The translations under genes and the position numbers were made by a program. A DNA stretch of 63,952 nucleotides, filler included, from Aduncisulcus paluster (lineage: Eukaryota), in NCBI GenBank assembly GCA_024181965.1. It is 9 parts of 9 records of this genome, joined end to end, with 100 filler letters (N's around TTAATTAATTAA, not from the genome) between each part and the next. Parts side by side here need not be neighbours in the genome. Positions count along the whole stretch, not along the records: positions 27,743 to 38,012 come from BQXS01011230.1; positions 38,113 to 41,674 come from BQXS01011231.1; positions 41,775 to 49,734 come from BQXS01011232.1; 6 more parts are not named here. One strand, 5' to 3'. Positions 35,641-49,360 of this stretch are shown piece after piece (positions within the stretch are counted from its first letter, which is position 1; each line of letters opens with the position of its first letter). Below the pieces are notes generated by a model that saw only the letters and a list, made by a program, of their open reading frames with translations, was not told the DNA's origin and ran no database searches.

Positions 35641-38012
35641 TTATAAACTCTTATCCCAACCAGATTCATGCTTCATCGATTTTAGACTGGACAAACCAGA
35701 CCGAGAACTAGATAATAAAGACAAAGATTCTTTTGTATCTCCTTCGATTATGTCACCAACATCTCCATTCTTGGCAACAAAAGTTTTCACAATTTCATCA
35801 ATGGTTGGACATTTCCACCCTTCTCCAATCTTCGGTAACAAATGCTTGATGGATTGTACTTTTTCACATGCTTTATGGACACTCATACGCTCTTCAACAT
35901 CAAACTCAGTCAAACCTTCATATACTTCATTCAAACACTCGTAAACGGGTGTGAACTTACCACTTTCAATGGTTCTGAGGGATTTAAACGGAGGAAGGTC
36001 GGAGATTTTTGGTATCTCATCATTTTTCATCAATGATTTAATTTCCCTCACCATTAAACCCACATTATCAATTCCTTTCTTCATGACAGGGAGTCCGATG
36101 AAGGGTTGTTGACACAAAAATAATGATAATATTGACATTCCCAATGAATGTGCATCACTAAGTTGAGAATGAATACCAGTTGACAATGCCTCATAGGAAT
36201 TGTAGACAAATGTTCCACATAGCGTTTTTCTTTCTTCTTCTTCCCGCTCTCCTCTACCAGCTTTGATACGAATCTTTTGTGACAATGACGAAGTTGATAT
36301 AGATTCTTGAATCTGAGCAAGTCCCAGATCAGCCAGAACAATGAAGCATTCACCATCTTTTGGATCTACTCGGACCAAAAAGTTGTCAGGCTTGACATCA
36401 CGATGAACAAGATGTTTCCTTGCCTTGAATACATTAGCAAGACATTCTATCATTCCAACACACAAAGCAGATGTTTTGACAGGATTCATTCTCATGGGAT
36501 CAATCGATATTATATCATCCTCATCATCGGCCACAGAATCATCCGTACTATCATCATCGCTTGAATCGATCAATTCAGAATCATACTTACCATCGACACA
36601 CCAAGTATTTGCAAATGAGTTCACACTGCCACCAAAACAAAATTCCATTATGAACCCCAAAATTCCCTTGAAATCAGCATTGAGAAGATCAAGAATATAC
36701 AAAGGCCGTGGAATACGGTGGCAACATTTACCATCTATAAACAACTTGAGTTGAACTTTAAACTCTTTACGACAACTTTTCACAACCTTTTCATCAGCGA
36801 CTTTTAACATCTTCTTCAGTACACATGGGAAAGGAACGTCTTCAACCTTCACAATCTGCACTTCACCAAACCCACCCCTTCCAATCGTGCACAATGGAGT
36901 GATGGAAGAGGCAGAAGTTAGCGTCATAGATTCAACTATTGGCACATGACGAGTAAAAGCTGAACCAGAAAACGTAGGATCGGAAGAATAGGAATATTCC
37001 AGTATGTCAATATCTTTCCTCTCATCAATCCCTCCTGGAACTATCGAAGGAGTAGGAAAATCCGGGATAGTTTTTTTATGACAACCACCACAACACTTAC
37101 AAAAGATTATGATACCTCCTACAATCAATCCAGCGCCACCAGCAGACACAGCGATGATCAACCATAATTTTGATGGAGGATCATCATAAGATATTGGAAT
37201 CAAAGTTGTACAATCATCTCCTTTGTATATACTACGACACAAACACTCAACATATGATGCTCCAACTTCAAGCACAGCCATTCGATATGGATCATTCTCA
37301 CATACAGAACAACGAGATATGTTGGATAATGATGTTGACGATTTTAAACCAATTTCAACAGAATCATCAGAAAGAGTAGGTTGGGAAGATGAAAACTTAG
37401 AAGATGATGAAGAAGAAATGAAAGTACATTCTCCATTTTCATTAGCTGCATATCCAATATCACACGCTTTCACACATGACCCAGTGGTTTTGTCAAGGTA
37501 GTACCCATTCCAGCATTCGACAACCCAACGATCGGGATACACTTCACGACACACTTGGAAAGAAGAAGAAGACACGGACGCGGAACAATGGCATGTTTGG
37601 TCAGAATATGTCACGGATGACAAGTTCGTGAATTTGGTCTGGAGAGCACTCACAACATTGTCAATGTTACAAATAGAATTACCACTGATGTCAAGGGTTG
37701 TGAGAGTATCCGCGGGGAATAGATCAGAGGTGATGAGAACTGACACGTCCGAGATGGAGTTATTGGAGAGATCAAGGGATGTCAGCTTGAATGGTTGTGT
37801 GGCAGAGTCTCCATCGGCAATCGGGGTCAGGTCGAGGACATCACTCACAGCACTCAAGTTACATCCACTCGCAGATAAAGTCGTGAGACCGGAATCAACG
37901 GAACCATACGAATTCGAATATGTCACGGCCTTCGCCAGGATCTGGATAACCAGCCTATCGTACTCGGAGTTGGAATTGGTATCGCCACTCAAGTCATACC
38001 CATCAACAGTCA
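35641..38012 (-). CDS. LRR / Cys-rich / transmembrane receptor-like kinase (5' truncated)
   Basis: LTSLDLSNNSISDV and LTTLDISGNSI LRRs; Cys-rich and EGF-like region; TM LWLIIAVSAGGAGLIVGGIIIF followed by CKCC; kinase GRGGFG, HRDVKPDN, ADLGL. Confidence 0.9.
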
Positions 38013-38112
38013 NNNNNNNNNNNNNNNNNNNNNNNNNNNNNNNNNNNNNNNNNNNNTTAATTAATTAANNNNNNNNNNNNNNNNNNNNNNNNNNNNNNNN
38101 NNNNNNNNNNNN

Positions 38113-38486
38113 TTCCATCCAAATTGTTGTCTCAGGTTGTGCCAAAAGTAACTTACCTTTGGATTTTCCTCCATCTTTTTCAACAAAAGTTGCCATTTGG
38201 GTGCTGGGAGTGTAGGGAGCATAGTAGTGTCGGAATAAACTTCTTCATCGGTACTTCTAGTCCAATCCACAGTTGAGAGAGTTGTTTTTGTACTTGTTGA
38301 GTCATGTATATAAAAGTTACGAAATGTTTCTTCGTCTAGGTTATAAATTCGCTTTGCATCGTCAGAATTTATACCTAGAATTTTAAGCAAAAAGTTAAAT
38401 AAAATAATATTGTTGATATTTTCGAGTTCTAAACCTTTGTAGGGGTCGAGGGAAACGCCTCGTTCCGAACCAACAGTTAACGTCAT
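38113..38486 (-). CDS. Hypothetical protein N-terminal fragment
   Basis: ATG-initiated frame open to the contig edge; no family recognised. Confidence 0.3.
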
Positions 38487-38819
38487 AATTGACGGATTAC
38501 GGTAGTTGAAAACCTTCCTTTGTTAAAAAACCCCGAAAAATCGATGTGTGCCTATTTTCGATCTCGCGAACGTGCCACAATATCAAGGTGAATTCGCGGA
38601 AAAAAAACAAATGGGGTGTGTATAATGATATCAATTCATTTAGAGATCAATATTATAATTATAGAAGGATAAAACTCGATATATATCCAGGATTGGGTAG
38701 ATAGAAGATTACCCTTCTCTAACTATTATATTGACCAAACAAGCAGAAATCAAGTACACGTCTCAATTCACAAAGACAAATCTAAACCGTAAGATTGAAA
38801 ATCATGGTATATTTTATAT

Positions 38820-40022
38820 CTATAAAAGATCATTAGCAGGGTAGATGTTCATGTCCCGGAAAGGTATGAAAGCATCAGTAATTTGGGGAGGAGGAAACAT
38901 TAAAAGTGGAGTGCCCGGAGGAGGAAGAGGAAATATCTCTGGAATATCTATTACAGGTGGAAGAGGTGAGTGATAGGGGATTTTCTTATAACCTGGGATC
39001 CATTGGGGCCATCGAATTGAATTCGAACCAGGACTGATTGTCCCACTGGGTAAGGGAGAAGAAGAGGGCGAAGAAGTATACTCTAGTGGTGAGCGACATT
39101 GAAGAACTGGAATACCAGAAACAAATGGAGGCTCAACAGTGACTGATAGATCAGAGACATCCTCAAATGGAGTGGTTACTATTGAAGATTGAGAATATCG
39201 CTCCGATGAAATACAAGGACTTCTTCTCTTGTATGGACAAGTTTGCTCCGTCGGAATGAAGGGGAGAGGAAAATCTTCCGGAGAACTCCTTCGTTTCGAG
39301 GGTGCTGGGGAAAAATCTAGTTCAAACTCCTCTAATCTCTTCCGGAGATAAGTAAACTTCCCTGGTTTGGTTAATCGAGCTTTGAGCCAACGCAAAAACC
39401 CCAAATCTTTGGGATTTTTACATCGCTCTAAGACTTTGACAATAGCATCGTCAAATTGTTTGCTTTTCCCTCTCTCTCTTCTCTCCCTATCTTCGAACTT
39501 TCCTCTAAGATTTCCAATTGCTCTTTGCAAACAGGCTTTTTTTCCTATTTTGCATGGCTTAAACTGAAAAGGTGCAATTAAACAGCTTCCGAAGAATCTC
39601 AGAGAGATATTCTGACTTGCACAAAATACACTTTTTAGATGCTTTTGTGTAACATCTGTTACTTCATCATCGGAAGACGGGCAAGAAAGCTGGCTCAGCC
39701 ATATTATTCCATGAAGAGACTGCTTAAATGCTAGCCATGATAGCTCTTTGAAAGGGATATCTCCCTTAATAGAACGTTCATCAAGAGTATGTTGACAACA
39801 GCTTCTTTGAAGGTAATCGACAAGACATCGGACAAATTGATCTTTCATGTCATGGAACTCGTGGACTGATGCAAGGGAAGCTTCAGCAAAAGAATTTAAT
39901 CCCTTAAAAACAATATCAGAGAAGTTACAAATATTTTTCTGCATATGAGTGCGAAAAAGGGAATTACAACAAGACGACAAAAAATATGAGACATCCACTC
40001 CGATACTAGACAGAGTACTCAA
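38820..40022 (-). CDS. Hypothetical protein with a Pro/Ser-rich C-terminus
   Basis: 400-codon ORF in AT-rich DNA; no ATG at the track start, so the real start is uncertain. Confidence 0.55.
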   Translation of the reverse strand: MSTLSSIGVDVSYFLSSCCNSLFRTHMQKNICNFSDIVFKGLNSFAEASLASVHEFHDMKDQFVRCLVDYLQRSCCQHTLDERSIKGDIPFKELSWLAFKQSLHGIIWLSQLSCPSSDDEVTDVTQKHLKSVFCASQNISLRFFGSCLIAPFQFKPCKIGKKACLQRAIGNLRGKFEDRERRERGKSKQFDDAIVKVLERCKNPKDLGFLRWLKARLTKPGKFTYLRKRLEEFELDFSPAPSKRRSSPEDFPLPFIPTEQTCPYKRRSPCISSERYSQSSIVTTPFEDVSDLSVTVEPPFVSGIPVLQCRSPLEYTSSPSSSPLPSGTISPGSNSIRWPQWIPGYKKIPYHSPLPPVIDIPEIFPLPPPGTPLLMFPPPQITDAFIPFRDMNIYPANDLL

Positions 40023-40247
40023 TTACCAAAAGTCGAAGAGATCAAAATTAATTATTCATTCAGATATAATTACCGAATTAAATCTTTTCTGAACCGATTT
40101 TGTTACGAAAAAAAGTTCTTTTATCAAAAGTTGTCTCCGAGACAAACGAGTCGTTTTGGCTTCATTAAAATTCTGAAACTAAACAAAGGGATTTCAGAAA
40201 AAGAAAATGCAATAAAATATTTTACTAAGAATCAGAATAAAATGAAA

Positions 40248-40904
40248 TCACAAAACAAGATCTCCTTCACCAAGGGGAGCCTCTTCTTCCTCCTCTTCCC
40301 CAACTGCTGATCGAGCTTGCTGTAATTCAAACATATATTTTGTCGTTTCTTCCTTTTCTTCAGGCTTTAACGACACTTTTGCCTTTGACTTCTCTTTTTC
40401 ATCATTCATAGTTTTCTTACGAGCCATAGCAGAATCTCTAAAAACCTTGTAACTTGCCATTTCAGGTTTTGGATGTTCAACAAACATCCTTTTCTTTAAT
40501 GGAGATACAAGACCTAGGGATTGCATATGAATATTAGCAGCATATTGGCTCAATTCGGGATTTGCACCTTTAGTCTTTGGAAAATGTGATTGTCTGATAT
40601 CAAATATATCAGAACCTATTTGAATTGAATATGATCCATCTTTCCACTTGATTAAATGCGTATTTGTGCTCGGGTTCTTTGGATCACCTTTCCAATGAGC
40701 TGTAACAAAATTGGATCGGAAATATTTTTGATCAGAAGTTCCAATTACGCTCACTTTTTCTTTTTGCTTATATTTTTCTTCAGAAAACCTTGTTGAATCA
40801 ATTCCAATGAAGTAAGGAAGAGTTAAATAAGATACATCTGATTCTGACTTTAAAGCCTCTGTTTTAGGAACTTCAAAAGCCATGGATTCCAATTTTTCAC
40901 CCAT
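40248..40904 (-). CDS. LEO1: Leo1-like PAF1-complex subunit (short form)
   Basis: LTLPYFIGID...F and TNTHLIKWKDGSYSIQIGSDIFDI match the Leo1 domain (SNARIVRWSDGSxSLxIG). Confidence 0.7.
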   Translation of the reverse strand: MGEKLESMAFEVPKTEALKSESDVSYLTLPYFIGIDSTRFSEEKYKQKEKVSVIGTSDQKYFRSNFVTAHWKGDPKNPSTNTHLIKWKDGSYSIQIGSDIFDIRQSHFPKTKGANPELSQYAANIHMQSLGLVSPLKKRMFVEHPKPEMASYKVFRDSAMARKKTMNDEKEKSKAKVSLKPEEKEETTKYMFELQQARSAVGEEEEEEAPLGEGDLVL

Positions 40905-41224
40905 AAGATCTATTATGATATCTCTTTCCTGAACCTTTTGGCCAAAACAGAGATTTTGATTTGAAATCACAGAAAGATAGTATTTCGAAAATATTAAGGA
41001 GAAAAAAATATTTTATAAAACTGAACTAATTATTTTTGGATACGGAATCAATACAAGAATTGAAGATGTTCGATAATAACTCATCGAAACAGATTTCCTT
41101 CAACCTCCACAGAGTGTAGATTTGCTGACAAAATCGGTTTTTGACCTCCGATTCACATTTGAACACATCAATTTTTGATCAATCATCTCTAGTATATTTA
41201 TAATCAACTTTATATTCCTATCAA

Positions 41225-41674
41225 ATGTCCCATCCCGTATATCCAGAAGACTTTCCTGAAATCCTGAAAATGGATGCCGATCAAATCAAAAAAGTACTTA
41301 GTGATGATGCTGAGTACCATAAATTTTTAGCAAAGCAACCTCAAATCATAGAATTATTAACAGATTTGGAGAAAGCTGAAAAAGAACCTTTCCAAGCCGC
41401 CTCCAAAGTTATGGCAGAAATTGACTCCTTTGAATCCTTGAGACAAATGGTTCTCAAACAAAGAGAACTTGTTAAGAGCACTGCTGCTGAACTTGCTGCC
41501 CTTTCTACACCAAAGGTTGAAGAAAAAGCCAACATTAAAGACGCCCTCGAAACAATCAAAAGGAAATCTCTTGCTCTTCAAAAGGAAGCCCAAAAGAAAA
41601 TGGAATCCCTTGACGCAAATCTTATCCAAGCCACGAAGGATTTCTTGTTCTGTGCTCAAATCCGGAATATGTGC
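41225..41674 (+). CDS. VPS37: VPS37/Mod(r)-like ESCRT-I subunit (3' truncated)
   Basis: FPEILKMDADQIKKVLSDD...FL followed by coiled coil, typical of the Mod(r) domain. Confidence 0.5.
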
Positions 41675-41774
41675 NNNNNNNNNNNNNNNNNNNNNNNNNN
41701 NNNNNNNNNNNNNNNNNNTTAATTAATTAANNNNNNNNNNNNNNNNNNNNNNNNNNNNNNNNNNNNNNNNNNNN

Positions 41775-44700
41775 CCAACAAACATTTCCCTGTTTCCTGG
41801 GATTATGAGGATGTTTTCCACCATGCCGTTCGTCCTAATGCCATGGGTTCATCTGGTGCAACTTCTAGATCACATCGAAGTGGTGGTAAGCACGCACAGT
41901 CGTCTAAACATAATGCTTCTGGTGGAGGAGGAGGAGAAGATGAGGAGGAAGAGAATGCTGATGCTGCTTCACAAGAATGGAAGAGTGGGAAAGCTTCAAT
42001 GTTTGTTAATTTCTTAAAGCTTGGAACACCGATGGCTGAACGTCAGTATTGCAGTGCTAAATATGAAGAGGTTAAGAAAGTTCTCGATGGTGCTCAAGAA
42101 GACTTTGCCGCTATGGGTAGGGATTTAGGTCTTGTGTATTTCCAAGATGCTGCTGCTCATGTTGCTAGAATCACGCGTACTCTTTCACAGCCAAGGGGTA
42201 ATTTATTACTCGTAGGTGTTGGAGGTAGTGGAAAACAAAGTCTTACAAAGATCTCTTGTTTCTTGTGTGAGTATGATATTTTCCAGATTGAACTCACCCG
42301 TGGTTATGGCATTGTTGAATTTAAAGAAGATATTAAGAGTTTATTCTACACTGCTGGTGTTGAGAACAAACCTGTTGTTTTCTTGTTGCCAGACACTCAA
42401 GTGAAAGATGAATCCTTCTTGGAGCTTGTTAATAACATTTTAAGCACTGGAGAAGTGCCTGCATTGTATGAAAACGATGAGAGTGAAAAGATTATCTCTG
42501 ATGTACGTATGGCTTGTGCCAAACAGAGGAATGAATTACAGCAACAGCTCGAGGAAGAGGCAGCTGCTGATGATGGTAGACCTGTGGTTGACGTTAATGA
42601 TATCTTAGGTCCTCCAATCATTAGCCGTGATGCTGTATGGCGTCATTTCGTGCACAGAGTTCGTGATAACCTCCACGTTGTGTTATGTATGTCTCCCGTT
42701 GGAGATGCTTTCAAGAGAAGATTAAGAATGTTCCCTTCCTTTGTCAGTACATGCACAATTGATTGGTTCCAGCCTTGGCCCAGTGATGCTTTGTACAGTG
42801 TTGCTGTCAACCAGATTAAATTGACATCGGATGAGGAAGATGAAATGGCCGAGATTGTATCTGAAGCTCAAGAACAGGATGATGTATTCGCTGATACTGG
42901 AAGCAAGAAGAAAGAAAGAGAAAAGGCTGCTGCTCTGGCTCTAGCTGAACAAAACAGACTTACTGATGTTTTAGCCAGTGCTTTTATGTACATTCATAAA
43001 AGTGTTGAGAAGATGAGTGGGAAGTTTAAGAAAGAAACTGGGCGTCAATTATATGTCACCCCAACATCTTTCCTAGAGCAGTTATCATTGTTCAATAACA
43101 TTCTTAAGGAGCGTAGAGATAAGGTTAACTCTGAGATTAGGAAATACACAATTGGTCTGGACAAGCTTATTGCAACTCAGGTGGAAGTTAAAGAGCTTAA
43201 AAAGGAACTTGAAGCGTTGAAACCACAGTTAGAAGCAAGTACTGAAAAGACAGCCAAGATGATTGAGGATTTGACTGTTGAAAAGCGTCAAGTCGATGGT
43301 TTGAGACGTCAGTTGGCCAGTGAAGAAGCTGTTGTTAAGACACAGACGATGGAAACCCAAGCTTTGGCCACTGAAGCAAAGAAAGACCTTGAACAGGCTT
43401 TACCAGAGTTACGTCGAGCTGAAAAGGCTCTTGATTCGTTGAAAAAGAGTCAAATTACTGAGGTTAAAGGTTTTGTTAAGCCCCCACCCCTTGTACAAAA
43501 GGTTATGTCGGCCGTTTGTGTTTTATTGGACGATAAACCAGACTGGGCTACAGCTAAACGTTTGTTGAGTGATGTTGGATTCATTAAACGTCTTAAAGAA
43601 TACGACAAAGATCATATTCCCGAGACATTTATTCGTAAACTACGGAAATACACTGTTGACCCTGAGTTTGAACCATCAATTGTTGAAAAATCTTCTGTTG
43701 CAGCCCGGGGTCTATGTATGTGGTGTATTGCCATTGAGAAATACGCTGCCGTCAGCAAAGTTGTTGGTCCCAAGCAAGCCAAATTGGACAAAGCTAATGC
43801 AGAATTAGCTGAGAAAATGAAGACTTTGAGAGAGAAACAAGCCAAAGTCAAGAAAGCAGACGATGATATCGCTCAATTGCAGGCTAAAGTTGACACTGAG
43901 GTTGAGAAGAAACAGAATTTAGAAGATCAAACAGATTTGACTTCTAAGCGTTTCACACGTGCTACGCAGTTGATTACAGCCCTTGGTGATGAAGAGAAAC
44001 GTTGGAGTCAAAACCTTGAGACTCTAAAACAAGCCCAGTTATCTATAGTCGGTGACTGTGTTCTTTCTGCTGGATTTGTGGCATATCTGGGTGGGTTTAG
44101 CAACAAGTATCGTGCTAATTTGGTTAATCTTTGGAGTCTTTATTTGAAAGACAAGAAGATACAAATCACTTCTCCATTTTCTCTGTCTGATACATTAAGT
44201 TCCCAAGTACAGATCCGTCAATGGCGTTTACAAGCTTTACCATCCGATGATGTGAGTGTTGATAATGCTATTATGACCACTCGTGGACAGCGTTGGCCAC
44301 TGTTGATTGACCCGCAAGAGCAAGCCAAATCTTGGATTCAGAACTTGGAAAAAGATAACAAACTTCTTGTAGTGAAAATGAGTGATCCAGACTTTTTAAG
44401 AAACGTTGAAGGTTCTATTCGAATCGGTCGTCCCATTTTGATAGAAGAAGCCGGGGAAGAAATAGATCCCGCTATTGAAAATGTTCTTAAGAAAGACATT
44501 CAAAAGGTGAAAGGAAGAATGGTAGTTAAGATTGGAGATGGAGAAGTTGATTATGATCCCAATTTCCGTTTATATATAACCACAAACCTTCCAAACCCTC
44601 ACTATCTACCCGAAACACAGGTTAAAGTGACTCTTATTAACTTTACAGTGACTGAAGATGGTCTTGAAGACCAGCTTTTGGCCGAAGTCGTGCAACGTGA

Positions 44701-47700
44701 AAGGCCAGAACTTGAAGAAGAGAAAAGTAAGTTAATTGTTTCTATTGCTGCGGGTAAAGCTCAGGTTGTTGAACTCGAAGATAAGATTCTCAAGAGTCTG
44801 AGTGAGAGTTCTGGAAATATATTGGATGATGAAGAACTAATCAACACTCTGAACAGTTCCAAAGAGACGTCTGTTGAAGTTAAAAAGAAGGTAGAAGAAG
44901 CCATATCCACTGAGGAGAAAATTGATGCTGCTCGTTTGAAATATAGGCCTGTGAGTATTCGTGGAAGTGTTTTGTTCTTTGCTGTGGCTTCTCTCCCAAC
45001 TTTAGATACCATGTATCAATTCAGTTTGCTCTATTTCAAGCGATTATTCTGTAATGTTATTGAAAACTCTGAGAAATCTGATAATATTTATCATCGATTG
45101 GACATTTTAAGGACTCAGGTCACGTGGAATATTTATTCTAACATTTGCAGAGGTCTCTTCGAAGCTCATAAGGGATTCTTTGCCTTTATGATCGCTGTTC
45201 GTATTGCTCAGAAGCGAGGCTCAGTGAATGAAAGAGAATGGGATGTTTTTTTAAAAGGAGATGCCAGTGTGTATTATGATAGATCCTTGGCGGATGAATT
45301 CCTTACTAAATACCCTATGCCAGAGGTAATTACACCCTCTTCTCCTTCAAATGCCCCTATTTTTGATACAAGAATATGGAATCAGATCGTATCTATTGCA
45401 GCTTCTGGTATAGAATATGGAGAAGATATTCTTCGTATGCTATGTGAATATCCTGTTGAGATGTACAAATGGGTCTGTGACTGTGCTGATATAGTCGACA
45501 GGGACAAAGGATTGCCTGAGTGCATTGTTAAGATGGAAAAGGAAACGAGGGGTGATTGGAAACAGAGAAGGGTCGATGCTAAGAAGAAGAAACTCCAACA
45601 CGATTCATCTCTTCACAGTCATGGTTCCAAGGATGCTGAAGAAGAAGGAGATGGAAATGAAGAAGAAGGAGAGAAGAAGAAAGAAGAAGGAGAACAACAA
45701 GAACAGAGTGATATTAATCCTCTTTCTGACAAGACTCCAATTTCTGAATTCTTCCCGTTGTTTGCTCGTCTTTTGGTTGTGAAATACTTGAGATTTGGTG
45801 AGTTAATCAATTCCATTACTGCCTACACATCCTTTGAACTTGGATCAGAGTTTGTGACTCCTCCGCCTTTGTCTTTACCATTAGTATTCCAGGAAACAAG
45901 CAACACGACTCCCCTTGTGTTCATTTTAAGTCAAGGTGCTGATCCTTTATCACAATTACAGACATATGCAAAGGAATGCGGGATGGAAGAAAGATTATCA
46001 ACAATATCTCTTGGTCAGGGTCAAGGTCCTAAGGCAAAGAAGATGATTAGAGATGCAACAAACGATGGTGGTTGGGTGTTCCTTGCTAACGCTCATCTTT
46101 CTGCTCTATGGGTCCATGAACTTGAAAGAATCGTTGGAGGAATCAATAAGAGTGGGGAGAACGCCGCTAGAGAACAGAAAGGTGGAAATGGTAAAAAACC
46201 AAAGGGATTCTCTCCCACAACTGGAGTTCTTCAAGGATGTCGTCTGCCTCCGAATCCATCATTCAGATTATTAATATCTTCGATGCCCACAGATATCTTC
46301 CCCGTTTCTGTATTGCAGAACAGTGTAAAAGTTACTACAGAACCTCCAAAGGGATTGAAAGCTAATTTAGTTAGAACTTTGAGTGAGATGAAAGAAATTG
46401 AGTTTGAAGAGGCAGCGATTGAAAGTGATGACAAACGGTTTGCTTTTAAACGTTTGTTATTTGGACTAGTATTCTTCCATGGTATTGTACAAGAAAGAAG
46501 GAAATTTGGAGCCAATGGATGGAACAAATCATACGAGTTCAATGATAGTGATTTCGATGTTAGTCGTAAAATGCTCAAGAACTTTTTGGTTGAGCAACCT
46601 GGCATTCCTTGGCCTGCACTCCAATACTTGATCTCTGAAGTCAATTACGGTGGAAGAGTCACTGATGATTGGGACAGACGTCTTATTAAGACTATTTTGA
46701 ATACATTCTATGTACCAGATATCCTTGAAGAAGTATACCAGTTCAGCCCCAGTGGTGTTTACCATGCAGCCATTGAAAGAGAAGGAAAGGCTTCAACTTT
46801 GGATGGAGTTCGTGAATATGTATCTTCCTTGCCAAGAAATGAAGATCCAGAAATCTTTGGAATGCACGCAAATGCTGCTTATTCTTTCTTAACACAAGAA
46901 ACTGACCGTCTGATTGATTGTCTTCTTGCAGCTCAACCTGAAAGTGTTCAGAAGGATGAATATTTAGTCCAATTTGATCATTTCTTCTCTGTTAATCGTG
47001 ATAAGTTACTCCGTGGGTTGATTGAAATGGACATTGGCGGAGGAACTAAAAATAGCAACAGTGAGAAACTTGGTGCTGCAGGTACAGGCGCTGGTGAAGA
47101 TAAAGGACCAGAGAAAGAACAAGAACAAGAAGGAGGATCTGGCAAGCAAGAAGAAGGAAAAGAATCGGCCCAAATCTCAACCAAAGAACAACCCCAACCT
47201 CAAGGCAATGTTGAAGATGGAAGGAAGAAGAGCGCTGGAAAGACTACTGGAAGTGGGAAATATGGAAGACAAGAAGAAGANNNNNNNNNNNNNNNNNNNN
47301 TTGATTGAAATGGACATTGGCGGAGGAACTAAAAATAGCAACAGTGAGAAACTTGGTGCTGCAGGTACAGGCGCTGGTGAAGATAAAGGACCAGAGAAAG
47401 AACAAGAACAAGAAGGAGGATCTGGCAAGCAAGAAGAAGGAAAAGAATCGGCCCAAATCTCAACCAAAGAACAACCCCAACCTCAAGGCAATGTTGAAGA
47501 TGGAAGGAAGAAGAGCGCTGGAAAGACTACTGGAAGTGGGAAATATGGAAGACAAGAAGAAGAAGATGGTGATGAAACGTCTAAAACTCCCTCTGTCCCT
47601 GAATCCACCCGTGCTCTAAAGGAATTTGAGCATTCTTTGTTCTACGAGGGTTCCGATACCGTTGACAAAGCAGCTAACGTCAAGAATAGGTCAAATATGA

Positions 47701-48656
47701 TCCTTGAAAACTTACCCAAATCTCTGATCAGTGGTTGTCAGAGACAAGGAATTGACGAAGAAGGAGGAAGTGGTGCTTCAAATCCCTCTGATGGAGATGA
47801 AGTCGAAGTCAGTGAATTGACATTTGTTAAAGGACCGACTGGATTGCTACATTCACTTTCTGTCGTCCTTGTGCAAGAAATTGATCGTTTCAATAGTCTA
47901 TTGGATCTTGTCAAACGCTCTTTGGTCCAAGTGTGTCAGGCTATTGATGGTCTTGCTGTGATGTCTGCTTCCTTGGAGAATGTGTACAATGCAGTGTATA
48001 CGAATAGAGTTCCAAAATTATGGAGTGATGCCGCATATCCTTCACTGATGCCCCTTTCATCATGGGTTGAGAATTTGAGAGAAAGGGTTGAAACTCTCCG
48101 TTCATGGATTCGTAGAGGACCACCTGTCTCATTTTGGCTTAGTGGTTTCTTCTTCCCTCAGGGGTTCATTACCGGTGTGTTACAACAACATAGTAGAAAA
48201 CATCAAAAACCTATTGATATTCTTCGTTTTAGGTTCACTGTAAAAGATATTTTGTTTATTGAACCAACTCTGCCTGAGGAAGAAAAGAAGAGAATTGAAG
48301 GTGTTCGATATGTTGAGGATCTGACTGAAGAAGATCGAGTTGAAGACGGTGTTTTAGTACATGGATTGTACCTTGATAGTGGATATTGGAACCCCGAAAC
48401 ACTTAAACTTGAGCCAGCAAGAGAAGGGGAATTGTTTTCAGCGTTACCTGTGATGCACTTACTTCCTGTGCCTAACTTCCAGAGAAACCCAAGGGATTAT
48501 GCTGCTCCATTGTATAAAACTGCCACAAGAGCTGGTGCATTGAGTACAACAGGTCAATCGAGTAATTTCATCCTTGCCGTTGATCTTCCGACAGATAGAC
48601 ATCCCAACTTCTTTATATTGCAATCAACAGCTTTGTTGTGTGCTCTCAAGGAGTAG
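41775..48656 (+). CDS. Axonemal inner-arm dynein heavy chain, C-terminal half (DNAH6-like)
   Basis: AAA4 P-loop GVGGSGKQS, LHVVLCMSPVG, stalk, WPLLIDPQEQA, SLGQGQGP, YGGRVTDDWDRR, PLYKTATRAGALSTTGQSSNF; duplicated segment across the 47281-47300 gap. Confidence 0.95.
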
Positions 48657-48839
48657 TAATATGGGAGAAAGAAAGTGTTAGAATTTGGATTGTTTTTAAA
48701 ACTTTAAAATTTAGAATCAAATTCATTTTATTTATTTTTGTTCATGATGTTATCTTGTTGTTGGATGATATCATGACCTGATATAAAACAATTATTGTAG
48801 AAAAATAGCTAATTATGAATAAAATATGAAGTTAATCTT

Positions 48840-49345
48840 GTCAAGATTTTTGGTTGTTCTTCAAATTGGGCAGTTGTCATCAAGAGTCTTGATTCAAGAC
48901 CACAGAAGAGGAGATCGATGTGCTCAAAGCTTACCCCTTGTTGGGCGTTATAGCTCTACCCTGACCTTGTGTGGTAGTACTAAACAAATAAATCTAAAAA
49001 TCTTTATAACGGATCTAAACGGTTCCACAATTTATTAAATATCTGATCGGGCGGTAATCAACCGGTACCGCCTGTGCCCAGCCGCCGCCAACACTTGACT
49101 CCAAGTTGCTTAAGATCATGATAAAATGACTGTACAGGGGCAGAAATAAAATCCTAAAACTTTAATGCGGCCAAATTTATTTGTTTGAGTTGTTCTTTCG
49201 GGAGTTTAAACAATAAACTCCCTGCAGCCTATATTCCCTTGTATTTGATAAACTAAAAGATAAACTGTGATAAAATGAAAATAAAAATGATAAACTCAAT
49301 TCTGAATCCTGGAATTATTGTTCATTACACTGCCTTCCCTCCATA
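48840..49345 (-). mobile_element. Polypurine tract and putative 3' LTR of the chromovirus
   Basis: On the minus strand GGAGGGAAGGCAG (49342-49330) is immediately followed by TGTAATGAAC (LTR start at 49329); far end of the LTR uncertain (~48840-48875). Confidence 0.55.
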
Positions 49346-49360
49346 GGGTCTTTTCCGTCT

